Below are positions 12,163 to 24,630 of a stretch of DNA of 64,000 bases, piece after piece. The notes beneath the pieces are model-generated. The model was not told the DNA's origin and ran no database searches. It worked only from the letters and a program-made list of their open reading frames with translations. This DNA comes from Squalus acanthias (lineage: Eukaryota): positions 32,242,001-32,306,000 of the forward strand of contig CM059432.1 of assembly GCA_030390025.1 (NCBI GenBank). Direction: 5' to 3'. The position numbers and the translations under genes are program-made. Within the stretch, counting starts at the first letter, position 1. Each line of letters begins with the position of its first letter.

Positions 12163-13031
12163 GGGGGAGAAATTCAGTATCGCCCCGTTTGGGGCGCAAT
12201 TATCAGCCGGGCGCAAAGTTTAGTGCCTGCCGCTAATTATCACCTCCAACTGCAAACTTGGCTACTCTCGCCCCTGGAGGTGACTGGAGCGCTAAATCAA
12301 GCGCTACACACCTCTCTTAAGGTGCTAACGCCGAGGAGCGAGGCGCTACCTCAGAGCGCTGGCAACAATGGAACACAGACACACTGGCACCGGCCCGTTC
12401 TTAAAGGGGTGGGTCGATCTTGCTCTCCATCCACACCCTGCTCATTGCAGCCTTGAATCTCGGCCTGGAGAGACCTGTACATCAAATCTGCTGCAAAGAA
12501 CAATGGAGAGGCGCAGGGAAAGAGCTCAGAGTGCAGCCCCCAAAGTCTCTTCTAAATAGATGCAAGGAAGGTCAAATCAAAATGAACCTGCAAAGTGCTG
12601 CTCAGTACCCAAAACTCCTTCACACAGCGTTGAATCTCTCCAGAAGTCTCTCTCTCTCTCAGAATGCGTGGTGCAAAAATGTCGCCGCAAAAAATGGCAG
12701 GAAGCGGCCGCCTTTAAATAGCGCTCCCCCGGTCTCTTCCCGACTGCAAAACATTCCCCTCAACCTGTCGTTGCTAGCGGCAGGCGGAAAGGCAGGGGGT
12801 GCCACTCAATATCCGGTCCGGGGCGATACCGAGACATTGCACGCTCGACTGACATCATGATCTGCGGGCGCAGGAGATCGTGGCAGTCGTGTTTAGCGCC
12901 ACCGCAAAATGTCTGGTCAGTTTTGCAAGCGGCGCAAACATCACCGCGCCCGGGCACTAGTTGCTTTGCGCCCCATTAGCACCCTCTTTAGGGCACCAAT
13001 GGGAGGTGCAAAGCAACCGAATTTTTCCCCC
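12163..13031. mobile_element. PIF/Harbinger-like MITE (869 bp, GC/CpG-rich)
   Basis: TIR GGGGGAGAAATTCAGT vs GGGGGAAAAATTCGGT (14/16). ATA TSD at 12160-12162 and 13032-13034. Confidence 0.8.
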
Positions 13032-13335
13032 ATAGAGTCATAACGGCACAGAAGGCGGTCATTCAGCCCATCGAGTCCATGCCGGCTCTCTGTAGAGCAA
13101 TCCAGTCAGTCCCATTCCCCCGCTCTATCCCCGTAGCCCTGCAGGTTTATTTCCCTTAAGTGCCTATCCAGTCTCCCCTTGAAAACATTGAGTGTCTCCG
13201 CTTCCACCACTTCCATTGGCAGCGAGTTCTAGGTCCTCACCAGTCGCTGCGTAAAAAAGTTTTTCCTCACATCCCCCCTGTATCTCTTGCCCAAAACCTT
13301 ACATCTGTGTCCCCTAGTCCTTGTACCATCAGCTA
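13032..13335 (-). mobile_element. CR1 3' fragment
   Basis: Encodes TRTRGHRCKVLGKRYRGDVRKNFFTQR. Its (ACTCTATG)n tail is split by the MITE. Confidence 0.85.
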
Positions 13336-13431
13336 GTTTAAGTCGGAATCCAGGAGAGCCGTGCCCATAAGCCAGTAGTCCCCTAACCCATATGTTACCC
13401 CCCAAACCATATGTTACCATGTCATCTGTTG

Positions 13432-13870
13432 GTCAGTTGGTAGCAAGCTTGCCTCTGAGTCAAGGTTGTATTTCAAGTCCCACTCCAGAGACTTGAGCAA
13501 ATAATCTAAGCTGATACGCCAGTGGTGCACTGTCGGAGAGTGCTGTCTTTTGGAGGAGGCGTTAAATCGAGGCACCGTCTGCCCACTCAGCTGGACGTAA
13601 AAGATCCCATGGCACTATTTCGAAGAAGAGCAGGGGAGTTATCCCTGGTGTCCTGGCCAATATTAATCCCTCAACCAACATCCCGAAAACACAATATTTG
13701 GTCATTATCTTATTGCTGTTTGTGGGACCCTGCTGTACGCAAATTAGCAGTCGCGTTCCCTACATTACAACAGTGTCTGCACTTTAAAAGTACTTCAGTG
13801 ACTGTAAAGTGCTTTGCGATGCCCTGAGGCCGTGAAAGGCGCTATATAAATGCAAGTTCTTTTTTCTCTT
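13432..13870 (+). mobile_element. Deu-domain SINE
   Basis: Head, Deu core and AGGCGCTATATAAATGCAAG tail present. Confidence 0.85.
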
Positions 13871-14009
13871 TAAATCAGCTATGATCTTTGTACCTTATAC
13901 TGGTTGAAAGATCAGAGCTGCAAATGAAGGTAGCTTTGTGATTCCATTGCTGGGTAAGAGATGTGGATTTACTATTCCCCCAGCACCTTCAGTTTAAAAT
14001 TCTCGTCCT

Positions 14010-14128
14010 CGGGCGGGCGGGAAAGTGGAGTTGAGGCCAAGATCAGATCAGCCATGATCTTATTGAATGGCGGAGCAGGCTCGAGGGGCCGAATGGCCTA
14101 CTCCTGCTCCTATTTCTTATGTTCTTGT
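14010..14128 (+). mobile_element. CR1 3'-UTR fragment
   Basis: GGGCCGAATGGCCTACTCCTGCTCCTATTTCTTATGTTCTT terminal hairpin and tail. Confidence 0.8.
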
Positions 14129-14569
14129 TTATCCTCATGTTGAAGAAGCAGCACTTGGGTGAGATATCAGAGAGGGGCCAGTGCAGTGCAGTAGGTCATA
14201 GCAAAAGAGAGAAAAACAAAATTAATCCAAAAAAGGGATTTTTTTCTTGCTGCGAGCACACTGCAGATGTTTGCCAATGATTAATAGTGCGCAGTTGCAT
14301 CATTTAACAATGATTCCTTTTCCTCTAATTTTTTTCAAATTTAATCTTATCATACAACACATGTATTCTGTGATTTGTTAACTCTACATCCAAACATCCT
14401 GCTGATTACAGAGGTGCGGGTATCAGACCCGCCTCGTCAACTGTCCCTGCTAAAGCAAAAAACACATCTTCTAGGCATGTGTGGGTTGGGCAAAAAAATC
14501 ATTTTTTATAATTTTGTTGTTAGTACGGGAGTCACATAAACAAAGTGTGTTACAAAACCAAAGTTAAGG

Positions 14570-14940
14570 TACAATAACAACTTGCGTTGAAATAGCGCCT
14601 TTAACATAGTAAAACGTCCCAAGGCGCTTCACAGGAAAGTTATCAAACAAAATTGGACTGAGCCACATAAGGAGATATTAGGGCAGGTTGGTCAAAGAGG
14701 TCGGTTTTAAGGAGCGTCTTAAAGGAGGAAAGAGAGGTAGAAATGCGGAGAGGTTTAGGGAGCAAATTCCAGAGCTTAGGGCCTAGGCAACAGAAGGCAC
14801 GGCTGCCAATGGTGCAGCAATTAAAATCGGGGATGCGCAAGAGGCCAGAATTGGAGGAGTGCAGCGATATCGGGGGTTGTAGGGCTGGAGGAGGTTACTG
14901 AGATATGAGGGGCGAGGCCATGGAGAGATTTGAAAACAAA
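14570..14940 (-). mobile_element. L2 3' fragment
   Basis: Encodes IGSRAFCCLGPKLWNLLPKPLR. L2 tail present. Confidence 0.85.
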
Positions 14941-15041
14941 CAGTATTATCGTGAAAGTGTGTTATGGAATGGCCTTCTATGTGGGAGCCATAGCAGAGCA
15001 TTTGATATGGTTGTGCCATAGGAAGGAGTTCAAAATCATAT

Positions 15042-15670
15042 GGGCAAAAATTCGGTCGCGCCCCCTTTGGGGCGCTAACTTTGCCGGGGCGCTACTTTTA
15101 GTGCCCCAAAAAATTTAGTGCGCCCGCGCCCGAAATTCAATGCTTGTGCCCCAAGAGGGAGGCGGGGTGCTACTGGAAGCGCTCCCTCTCCCTCTTGGGG
15201 CGCTCCCAGGGAATATCGCGATGCTACGTGCAGCAGTGCCATGCGCACCACGGTACTGCAGGCCTTCCTCCCCTTATTAAAGGGGAGGGGCCTTGCGTAG
15301 CGCGACCCAGGGCCCAGCTGGGCCACCAGGGATCGGGGTGCCGGCAAAAGAGCCCAGCACTCAAGAGGAGTGCCGGGCTGACGGATCGCGGCCGGCACCC
15401 CGCGGGGGGACAGCAGAGGAGGCAGGGGACGGCAGAGGGGGCAGGTGCTGGCAGGCGGCCAGCAAAAAAAATGGCCGACCAGCACCTCCCCTTTAATTAT
15501 CGTCGCCCCGGCCGCACGTACACCCCCCTGACCCTGTCGGACATAGCGTCCGGCGGTAAGTCAGGGGGCGCGACCGAAGTATGCGAGCGGGGCGCTACGC
15601 ACGGTGATGACATCATCGCCGGAGGCGCAGCGCCGCGGGGTGTTACTGGCTACCGCCGCCACTTTTGCAT
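15042..15670. mobile_element. Truncated Harbinger-like MITE related to 12163-13031
   Basis: Starts GGGCAAAAATTCGGT...TTTGGGGCGC like the 12163 end and shares an internal GACATCAT...GGCGCAG motif. No right TIR found. Confidence 0.6.
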
Positions 15671-15794
15671 CTGTGCCAGCTCTCGAGCTGTCAACCATTA
15701 TCCTCTCTTTTCTCTATATTCTTTTTCAAGTCTTCATCCATATCCCTTTTAAAAGCTATTATGGATTCTGTTTCCACCACTGTTTCTGGTGGGA

Positions 15795-16228
15795 AAAGAA
15801 AGAACTTGCGTTTATGTAGTGCCTTTCATGACCTCAGGACGTCACAAAGCGCTTTACAGCCAATTAAATACTTTTGAGCTGTAGTCACTGTTATAACGTA
15901 GGGAAATGCAGCAACCAATTTGCGCACAGCAAGGTCCCACAAATAGCAATGAAATAAATGACCAGATAATCTGTTTTAGGTATTGGCTGAGGATAAATAT
16001 TGGCAAGGACACCAGGAAAACTCCCCAGGTTCTCTTCAAATAGTACTGTCGGATCTTTTACATCCACCTGAGAGCGCAGATGAGGCTTCAGTTTAACATC
16101 TCATCCAAGAGATGGCACCTCCAACAGTGTAGCGCTCCCTCAGTACTGTACTGGAATACCAGCCTAGATTTTGTGCTCAAGTCCCTGGAGTGGGACTTGA
16201 ACCCACAACCTTCTTATTCAGAGGCGAG
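15795..16228 (-). mobile_element. Deu-domain SINE, near full length
   Basis: Head, Deu core and tail in reverse orientation. Confidence 0.9.
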
Positions 16229-16367
16229 ACTGAGCTACAGCTGACACTTCAATGGATTGCGATCAGGAGAAGGGGGGAGGGGAGATATTTTTTGCTCACT
16301 TTGCTTTTGGCTTGTGTACAAGCATCGGAGTGTGCGAAGCAGAGCTGATGCTTTATATTAGCACACT

Positions 16368-16745
16368 GTGTCAGCTGTGGCTCATTTGGTAACACACTCG
16401 CCTATGAGTCAGAAGGTTGTGGGTTCAAGTCCCACTCCAGGGACTTGAGCACATAAAGCTAGGCTGACACTCCAGTGCAGTGCGCTGAGGGAGTGCTGCA
16501 CTGTCAGAGGTGCTGTCTTTCGGATGAGACGTTATCCCTGGTGTCCTGGCCAATATTTATCCCTTAACAGATTATCTGGTCATTATCACATTGCTGTTTG
16601 TGGGAGCTTGCTGTGCGCAAATTGTCTGCTGCATTTCCTACATTACAACAGTGACTACACTTCAAAAGTACTTCATTGGCTGTAAAGCGCTTTGAGATGT
16701 CTTTGTGGTCGTGAAAGGTGCTATATAAATGCAAGTCTTTTATCT
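16368..16745 (+). mobile_element. Deu-domain SINE with internal deletion
   Basis: A/B-box head. Jumps from GAGACGTTA to TCCCTGGTGTCC relative to the 23722 copy. Confidence 0.85.
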
Positions 16746-17154
16746 TTTAGCAAAAGAAACAGTCAAACTGACATTCAGACTGCCTCATTAGATAAGAATC
16801 GGTGCTTTGCATGTCCACATAGCAGGCTGTGTGCTGCTCGAATGGGAGACTTTCTGTGGCTGAATGTTTTGTACTGCAGGTGTTCCGTTACAAGAGTTCC
16901 ACACACAGCAGGTCTGAGAACTTTGTGGTCTTATTTTTTTTAGAAAGTAAAACACGCTCACACTGCCAAACATTTCAATTGTTGTTTCATTCCTATAGAG
17001 TTTAAAGGGGAAGGAAAATCTTGAGAGGGGGTATTTTTTGTTCAAAGTACTCCTCCAACAACTATAGACGGAGATATATTGCACACCATGTACTTTAGAG
17101 CCAGTGTTGTACTGGTCTGCATACATTGATAGCCCCTGAGAAGGTAGTGTGGCC

Positions 17155-17475
17155 ACCTCTGAGGGCGTTAAGACTCAACCACATAGCGGGGTGAATTTCC
17201 AAAGGGGATCTCCTACTCTACTGCCAAAGTTACTGTGGACAATCGAGAGATCCTGCAGCAATTCACCCCCATAGTGTGGGGCCAGATTCACATGTAGGCC
17301 AAACCAGGTAGAAGCAGCTGGTTGCCTTCCCTATAGGGCATCACTGAAGTAGTTGTTATTTTTACAACAATCTAGCAGTTTTCCTGGTTCTAGGTTACCA
17401 GATTACTAAATTCAGTTTCACAACTTGCCACGGTGAACTCATAATACATAATAGCCCTGTACTATAACCACTAGG
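17155..17475 (-). mobile_element. Degraded tRNA-headed (Zenon-type) SINE head containing a small GGGGTGAATT/AATTCACCCCC MITE (~17186-17270)
   Basis: Similarity to 36120-36270 and 37430-37590. Short inverted termini inside. Confidence 0.55.
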
Positions 17476-17929
17476 CTCTTTATGTATACATGGCACCTGT
17501 ATGTTGCCACTTTGCTTATGCTATGTACTCAGAATGGGAAAAAGCCATTGGGCCCACATGTCCACTTCTCAGTGGACTGTCTCGTGTCTGCACCCTTCCT
17601 TCCCCCTTTGCCCACACATCCTGGGAGAGCTTAAAAAAAAATTCAGGAAACTTCTGTCACACATTGAACTCCTTAAAGGCAATCGGGACATCCTGAGGTG
17701 GTCGCAAGCTATTGATATCTCATCAGAGGGAATCCTGCATGGTTCCTTTCTATTGATTCTCTCAGATATGCAAGTTTTTATTGTTTTATTTGACTAATTT
17801 AAACTTGTCAAGAATGAAGATAACAAAACTGTAAATCATTTTCTCTAATTATTTTCACACTAACTAGTTTATTGTAATGGGATCCTGATCAGGAGGTGTT
17901 AAGCACAACTGCACCTGGACCAGCTCATT

Positions 17930-18686
17930 CGACCAGATTTTGCAACCAAAATAATGGTGAGGCTAATGGCGCTCACTGTTATTTTTGCATAAATGGTACA
18001 GCAACTTCAGGCGAGGAGAAGATGCGCGGTTAAATGCCAATATCCAAAAGTTGATGTCCGAGTCATGTCGCTCTGCCGTGAGCTTTGCGAAAATGCATTT
18101 CGCTGTCTGCCTCACCATTATTGAAATACATTGAATGGCATGAATTTGCTGTATTTGCGCGGTAGATATGGACCAAACTCGCCATAAAAAGTTAAGTCTT
18201 GTCATTTTGAGCACAAGTACCCTTTTAATGATGTGACAATTATTAATTACTGCCAAGCAACCTCTCTGGGACTGAAAATTAACTATTACAAGTGTGGAGT
18301 CTCATTCCTTCAGGTATTAATTGTTGTTGGAGATTTTTAAAATATCAAATTTGTAATTTTCTTTTTACTTTTCCTTTGTCTCTTTTTCTCTCTCTTAATC
18401 CTCTCTTCCCCTTGCTTTATTTTTCTTTCTTAACCTGATTTGACGTTGAATCAACTACTCTAATTTACAATTCCTTCTCAGTCCCTCTGCTGTTTATTTC
18501 TCAATCCTTCAATCTGATTGGTTAAGGAGATACCCTGTTTACTCAGGTCCCAGATGCCCTGTTTCCCTTGCTGCGACATTATCAGCTCGCACTTTCAGCA
18601 ACTTAGTTTTGAGCTGAAGGGTGCAGGGGCAAGTCTAACTAATGGCAGACGCCATTAGCTGCCCTGCTACAGTAACATTTGAGCCA
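17930..18686. mobile_element. Old MITE-like element
   Basis: Degenerate inverted ends. GCTAATGGCG near 17962 mirrors CGCCATTAGC near 18650. Confidence 0.45.
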
Positions 18687-18841
18687 TTGTATTTGAAGTC
18701 AGCTTGCAGTTAATCTACTGAGGACTACATACGACCAATGTATGGACAGGTCACCTGGTCCTGTCTGAACAAGCAATGGGGTATTCCCAGTGCTCTGTAC
18801 TGGGTGGCAGTGTAGTTTTAGCTGGCTAAATCTCAGCACTA

Positions 18842-19247
18842 AGAAGGACCTGCATTTAAATAGCGCTTTTCATGTCCTCAAGCCAATCTTGAAGTGTAGT
18901 CACTGTTGGAATTGAGGGAAACACTGCAGGTAATTTGCATACTTGCTGATCCCACAAACAGCAATGAGATGAATGACGAGCCCATTTCTTTTGATGTTGG
19001 TTGAGCAATGAATGTTGGCTAGAACACTAGAGCTCTCCTGCTCTTCTTCAAATAGTGCAATGGGATCTTTTACATTCACCTGATAGGGCTCACAGAGCGT
19101 TGATTTATGACAGCACCTCTGACAGGGCAGCAGTCCCTCAGTACGGCACTGAAGTGTCAGCCTAGATTTTGTGCTCAAGTCTCAGGAGTGGGGATGAGCC
19201 CACAACCTTCTGACTCAGAGGCACAAGTGCTACCACTGAGCCAAGAC
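18842..19247 (-). mobile_element. Deu-domain SINE
   Basis: Reverse-orientation head and core. Confidence 0.8.
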
Positions 19248-20028
19248 TAGGGTTGACAACTCTATCACATGACTTTCTGCCTCGAACCACCCCACCCCTA
19301 CATTCCCGCCATTGGTCCATCCTCCAGGCACACTGCCTTCCCACACCAATTGGAAAGGGAAAAAACTCTTTGTTACCCAATTGGATTAATCTTGACTGTT
19401 AGTGACACAACCATTTTTCCCATTTCTCCAATATTTTTATAACTAATAAATAAAAGTGTTCAAAGAAAATGAAAAAAACATAAATTTGTTTAATGCCCCT
19501 ATATCGTTTATCGCGGGTGTCTTGCTGCAGTGTCCTGGAGATTAATCTTCAATTCCTGAAGACTCCAGGACAATAGAGAAGGTGCAGAAAAGATTTACGA
19601 GAATGAAGGACTTCAGTTATGTTGATAGACTGGAGAAGCTGGGGTTGTCCTCCTTGGAGCAGAGAAGATTGAGAGGAGATTTGATAGAGCTGTTCAAAAT
19701 CATGAGGGGTCTAAACAGAGTAGATAGAGAGGGTCAGGAACACAGATTTAAGGTGATTGGCAAAAGAACCAAAGGCGACGTAAGAAAAAGCTTTTTTGCG
19801 CAGCGAGTGGTTGAGATCTGGAAGGTACTTCCTGAAAGGGTGGTGGAGGCAGACTCAATCTTATCTTTCAAAGGGAGTTGGATAAATATCTGAAGGAAAA
19901 AAATTTGCAGGGCTACGGGGAAAGGGTGGGTGAGTGGGACTAGCTGAGAGTCGGCACGGGCTCGACAGGCCGAATGGCCTTCTTCCGTGCTGTAACCATT
20001 CTATGATTCTATGATTCTATGAACCCTA
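19248..20028. mobile_element. hAT-like MITE (TAGGGTT...AACCCTA) interrupted by a CR1 3' fragment (~19575-20020, +)
   Basis: Inverted termini. Flanks GCCAAGAC/GCTAACAC match 6/8. The CR1 piece encodes DRLEKLGLSSLEQRRLRGDL and ends in (ATTCTATG)n. Confidence 0.6.
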
Positions 20029-20227
20029 GCTAACACTGACACTTTTACCCCATCTAAATTTAGGTATCCTTAAGCCTTGTTTCATGCCAACCTCTGCCTA
20101 AGCTCTGTGGGTTTAGGTAAATGGGGTATCCTGCTATGAGGAATGAGCGTGCACTCCATATCAGGAAACCAGAAAAATAAAAAGGAAAATCTGCATCTAC
20201 TGGGAAAAAAAACAGAAAATGCTGGAA

Positions 20228-21944
20228 GAGATAGGAGAGGTGATGAATGAATACTTTTCGTCAGTGTTCACCGAGGAGAGGGGCCATGTTTTTGAGGATG
20301 AGAGTGTGATAAAGGTGGATAGGCTGGAGGAGGTAGATGTTCTGAGGGAAGATGTTTTAGCAATTTTGAAGAACCTGAGGGTCGATAAGTCCCCTGGGCC
20401 AGATGGGATATATCCTAGGATTCTTTGGGAGGCAAGGGAGGAGATTGCAGAGCCTTTGGCTTTGATCTTTGGGTCCTCACTGTTCACGGGGATGGTGCCA
20501 GAGGACTGGAGAGTGGCGAATGTTGTTCCTCTCTTCAAGAAAGGAAATAGGAATGACCCTGGTAATTATAGGCCGGTTAGTCTTACTTCGGTGGTTGGTA
20601 AGATAATGGAAAAGGTCCTGAGGGATAGGATTTATCACCATTTGGAAAGATGCAACTTAATCCGGGATAGTCAACACGGATTCGTGAAGGGTAAGTCTTG
20701 CCTAACAAATTTGGTTGAATTCTTTGAGGAAGTAACTAAGTGTGTAGATGAAGGTAGAGCAGTTGATGTCGTATACATGGATTTTAGTAAGGCGTTTGAT
20801 AAGGTTCCCCATGGTCGGCTCATGAAGGAAGTAAGGAGTTGTGGGATAGAGGGAAATTTGGCCGATTGGATAAGTAACTGGCTATTTCATAGAAGGCAGA
20901 GGGTGGTGGTGGATGGAAATTTTTCGGACTGGAGACCAGTTACCAGCGGTGTGCCACAGGGGTCGGTGCTGGGTCCTCTGCTGTTTGTGATTTTTATCAA
21001 TGACTTGGAGGAGGGGACTGAAGGGTGGATCAGTAAATTTGCTGATGACACCAAGATTGGTGGAGTAGTGGATGAGGTGGAGGGCTGTTGTAGGCTGCAA
21101 AGAGACATTGATAGGATGCAGAGCTGGGCCGAAAAATGACAGATGAATTTAACCCTGATAAGTGCGAGGTGATTCATTTTGGTAGGGCAAATTTGAATAA
21201 GGATTACAGGGTCAACGGCAGGGTTCTGAGGAATGTGGAGGAACAGAGGGATCTGGCGGTTCATATCCACAGATCTCTGAAGGTTGCCACTCAAGTGGAT
21301 AGAGCAGTAAAGAAGGCTTATGGTGTGTTAGCGTTTATTAACAAGGGGTTTGAGTTTAAGAACCGTGAGGTTATGCTGCAACTGTACAGGACCTTGGTGA
21401 GACCACATTTGGAATATTGTGTGCAGTTCTGGTCACCTCACTATAGGAAGAACGTGGAAGCATTAGAAAGAGTGCAAAGGAGATTTACCAGGATGCTGTC
21501 TGGTTTGGGGGGGAGGTCTTATGAGGAAAGATTGAGGGAGCTGGGGCTTTTCTCTTTAGAGCGGAGGAGGATGAGAGGCGACTTAATAGAGGTTTATAAG
21601 ATGATGAGGGGGATAGATAGAGTGGATGTTCAGAGACTATTTCCTCGGGTGGATGTAGCTGTTACAAGGGGGCATAACTATAAGGTGCATGGGGGGAGAT
21701 ATAGAAGGGATGTCCGAGGTAGATTCTTTACTCAGAGAGTGGTTGGGGTGTGGAATGGACTGCCTGCTGTGATAGTGGAGTCGGACACTTTAGGAACTTT
21801 CAAGCGGTTATTGGATAAGCACATGGAGCACACCAGAATGATAGGGAGTGGGATAGCTTGATCTTGGTTTCGGACAATGCTCGGCACAACATCGAGGGCC
21901 GAAGGGCCTGTACTGTGCTGTACTGTTCTATGTTCTATGTTCTA
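20228..21944 (+). mobile_element. 5'-truncated young CR1 LINE (RT pseudogene)
   Basis: ORFs 20219-21139 and 21136-21861 encode a CR1 RT ([14 protein letters not shown]) and C-terminus. (TTCTATG)n tail. One stop plus a 1-bp deletion near 21137-21146. Confidence 0.95.
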
Positions 21945-22309
21945 TACAGCAGATCAGTCAGCATCTGAAAAGCTTGTTTCTCTCTCACTTTACTGCTTAT
22001 TTCTCTTTTGTCCTACATGGACCTCTCCTGTGTCTCTTCACCCACCCGCCCACTATTTGCACTTTCTTTTTTCCTTTCTATTTGTCTGTATTATCTCACT
22101 AACACCAAACTGTTTTCTATTTATCAGTTTGCAGGTCATTTAAGCACATTAGGTCCTATTCTGTGATCAGTGTACCTGTTGGCTCTCTCCCACTTTATTT
22201 TCCCAACCTTAATCATGTAGCCAGAAGATGAAAGGTACAACATGTGAAACCTTTTTTTTTGTTGCCCATCAGTGGTGGGTTGCCTTCTTGCACTTTCTAG
22301 GTCACAGGC

Positions 22310-22590
22310 CATTTCTGACAGCAGTCAACCTTAATGGCCTAGGATTGGATTCACATATAGGCCAGACCAAGCAGGTTTCTTTCCCGAAAGGACATGAGTG
22401 AACCAGTTGGGTTTTTACAACAATTCAACAGCTTCATAGCCACTTTTACTGATACCAGCTTTTTTTTTAAGTGAATTCAATTCCTCAATTTGCCATGGGG
22501 GGATTTGAACTCATATCTTTAACTGTATTATTAGTCTAGGCCTACTGGATTACTAGCCCAGTAACATAGCCACTACACTACTGCACCCTT
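22310..22590 (-). mobile_element. tRNA-headed (Zenon-type) SINE head
   Basis: Minus strand starts GGGTGCAGTAGTGTAGTGG (A box) and has GAGTTCAAATCC (B box). Matches 37430-37590. Confidence 0.75.
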
Positions 22591-23721
22591 AAGCAGGTCT
22601 TTTAATGGCTTTTAGATCTGATTGGCTAAAATTAAGGAATTCAGCTCCATCAAGTATTAGGGGAGCATGAGGTTAGGTAGGTGTCAGTTTATTTTCTATG
22701 TTATGAGGCCATATAAATCCTAACTATTCTAGTGCAGTACGGTCTTTTGAAGAGTCCAAAACAATCAGGGTTATAGGGCAGTGTGATGACGAAGGGTGCA
22801 ATTATTACTTGAGTTCTGACGCATGCTTTCCTGATGCAAATTCATCAAAAACCCTAATACCTCAACAGTTCTAAAACATGGATCTTTACTTTAAAAGTTA
22901 GGCTTTTTGGTCTCAATATTCTGGCAGGGCTACTCTGCTGGTGGAAGAGTGGCAGAGAAAGAATTAATTTGGCACATTCTACCAACATTTCTCAAATAAG
23001 CAGACTGTTCTGTTGGGCTGGTGGGTGGGTTCTTATAGTGAAAAACTATTTTTCAATATGCATGGCTGGCAGTTGTACCAGTGATATAAACTCTGAAGAT
23101 TCCCCCATGAGAAGTTCTGTGGTATACTCCTAAGAAGTCCATGAAGATAAAAAGCTTGGACATTCCTGACATAGCCAATTAGCCATGCCTCTAGTTACTG
23201 GGGAGTGGGGGAGAAGCACGAAACATAACAGAGAAGCTCATTGTGACAGTGGGGTAGTTGCATTTTATAAGTGAACCAGTAAATGCTGACACCTGAATTA
23301 CCCCAGGCAGAGGCGTTGCTGTAACCCAGGTCTTCAGAGAGACAAGTGAGGTGGGTGGAATCAGTGCTCATGTGAGCGTGAAAGCAGCATCATGGGAATT
23401 TAATTCTTTCCTTCCAAAGGCTGTGGCTAATGTACTTCAATTTTTGCTTCCTGATGCCCAACAGGTGCTGACATGACAAGCTGGCTTGCAGCTGGTTGGA
23501 TAGATCCTGTAAGATGGCACCTACCACATTAAAAAGCGGTGTCATCCAGAAAACTGGACAAAAACTGGGCTCATGCACAAAATGAAATACACTGACAAAA
23601 ACTGGGCTACATTTACTGGGCTGCGCATAGAAAAAATGTAGACTTCTTGCTGCCGATCTATTTTTGTTGGACTGTCATAAACATTGATTAAACAATTAGA
23701 TGGGTGGTGACCCTCTGAGTT

Positions 23722-24190
23722 TCAGCTGTGGCTCAGCGGGTAGCACTCTCGCCTCTGAGTCAGAAGGTTGTGGGTTCATAGTCCCACTCCATGGGACTTG
23801 AGCACATAAATCTAAGCTGAAACTCCAGTGCAGTGCTGAAGGAGTGCTGCACTGTCGGAAGGTGCCGTCTTTCGAATGAGACGTTAAACCGAGGTCCCGT
23901 CTGCTCTCTCAGGTGGATGTGAAAGATCCCATGGTGCTATTTTGAAGAAGAGCAGGGGAGTTATCCCTGGTGTCCTGGCCAATATTTATCCCTCAATCAA
24001 CATCACTAAAACAGATTATCTGGCCATTTTCACATTGCTCTTTGTGGGGGCTTGCTGTGTGCAAATTGACTGCCGTGTTTCCTACATTACAACACTGACT
24101 ACACTCCAAAAAGTACTTCATTGGCTGTAAAGTGTTTTGAGATGTCTGGTGGTCGTGAAAGGCGCTATATAAATGCAAGTCTTTCTTTCT
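23722..24190 (+). mobile_element. Full-length Deu-domain SINE (SacSINE1-like)
   Basis: TGGCTCAGCGGG A box, GGTTCA B-box region, Deu core GTGCCGTCTTTCGAATGAGACGTTAAACCGAGG, L2-like tail with (CTTT)n. Confidence 0.9.
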
Positions 24191-24207
24191 TACAACAAAT
24201 AATAAGG

Positions 24208-24627
24208 AAGAAACTTGCATTATTAGCGCCTTTCACAACCTCAAAGCACTTTACAGCTAACAAAGTACTTTTGAGGTGCAGTCACTGTAGGAAAATGTGG
24301 CAGCCAATTTACACAGCAAAGTCCCACAAACAGCAATGAGATAAAGCATAGAATCATAGAATGGTTACAGCACAGAAGGAGGCCATTCGGCCCGTCGAGC
24401 CTGTGCCAGCTCTCTGCAAGAGCACTTCAGCTAGTCCCACTCCCCCGCCCTTTCCCCGTAGCCCTGCAAATAAATGACCAATTAAACTGTTTTAGGGATA
24501 AATGTTGGCCAAGGTACTGGGAGAACTCCTCTGTCCTTCTTTAAATAGGGTTGAGGGATCTTTTACATCCACCCAAGAGGGAAGACGGGGTTTCAGTTTA
24601 ACCTCTCCTCCAAAAGATGGCACCTTT
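24208..24627 (-). mobile_element. Deu-domain SINE with nested CR1 tail (~24348-24470)
   Basis: Reverse copy tail-to-tail with the 23722 element, containing a CATAGAATCATAGAATGG CR1 tail. Confidence 0.8.
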
Positions 24628-24630
24628 AGA

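Noticed and set aside
12163..15670. CpG-rich blocks and ORFs (e.g. 15144-15752) as CpG-island promoters or genes
   Set aside because: They coincide with TIR-bounded MITEs, and the peptides show no recognisable domain, including no transposase.
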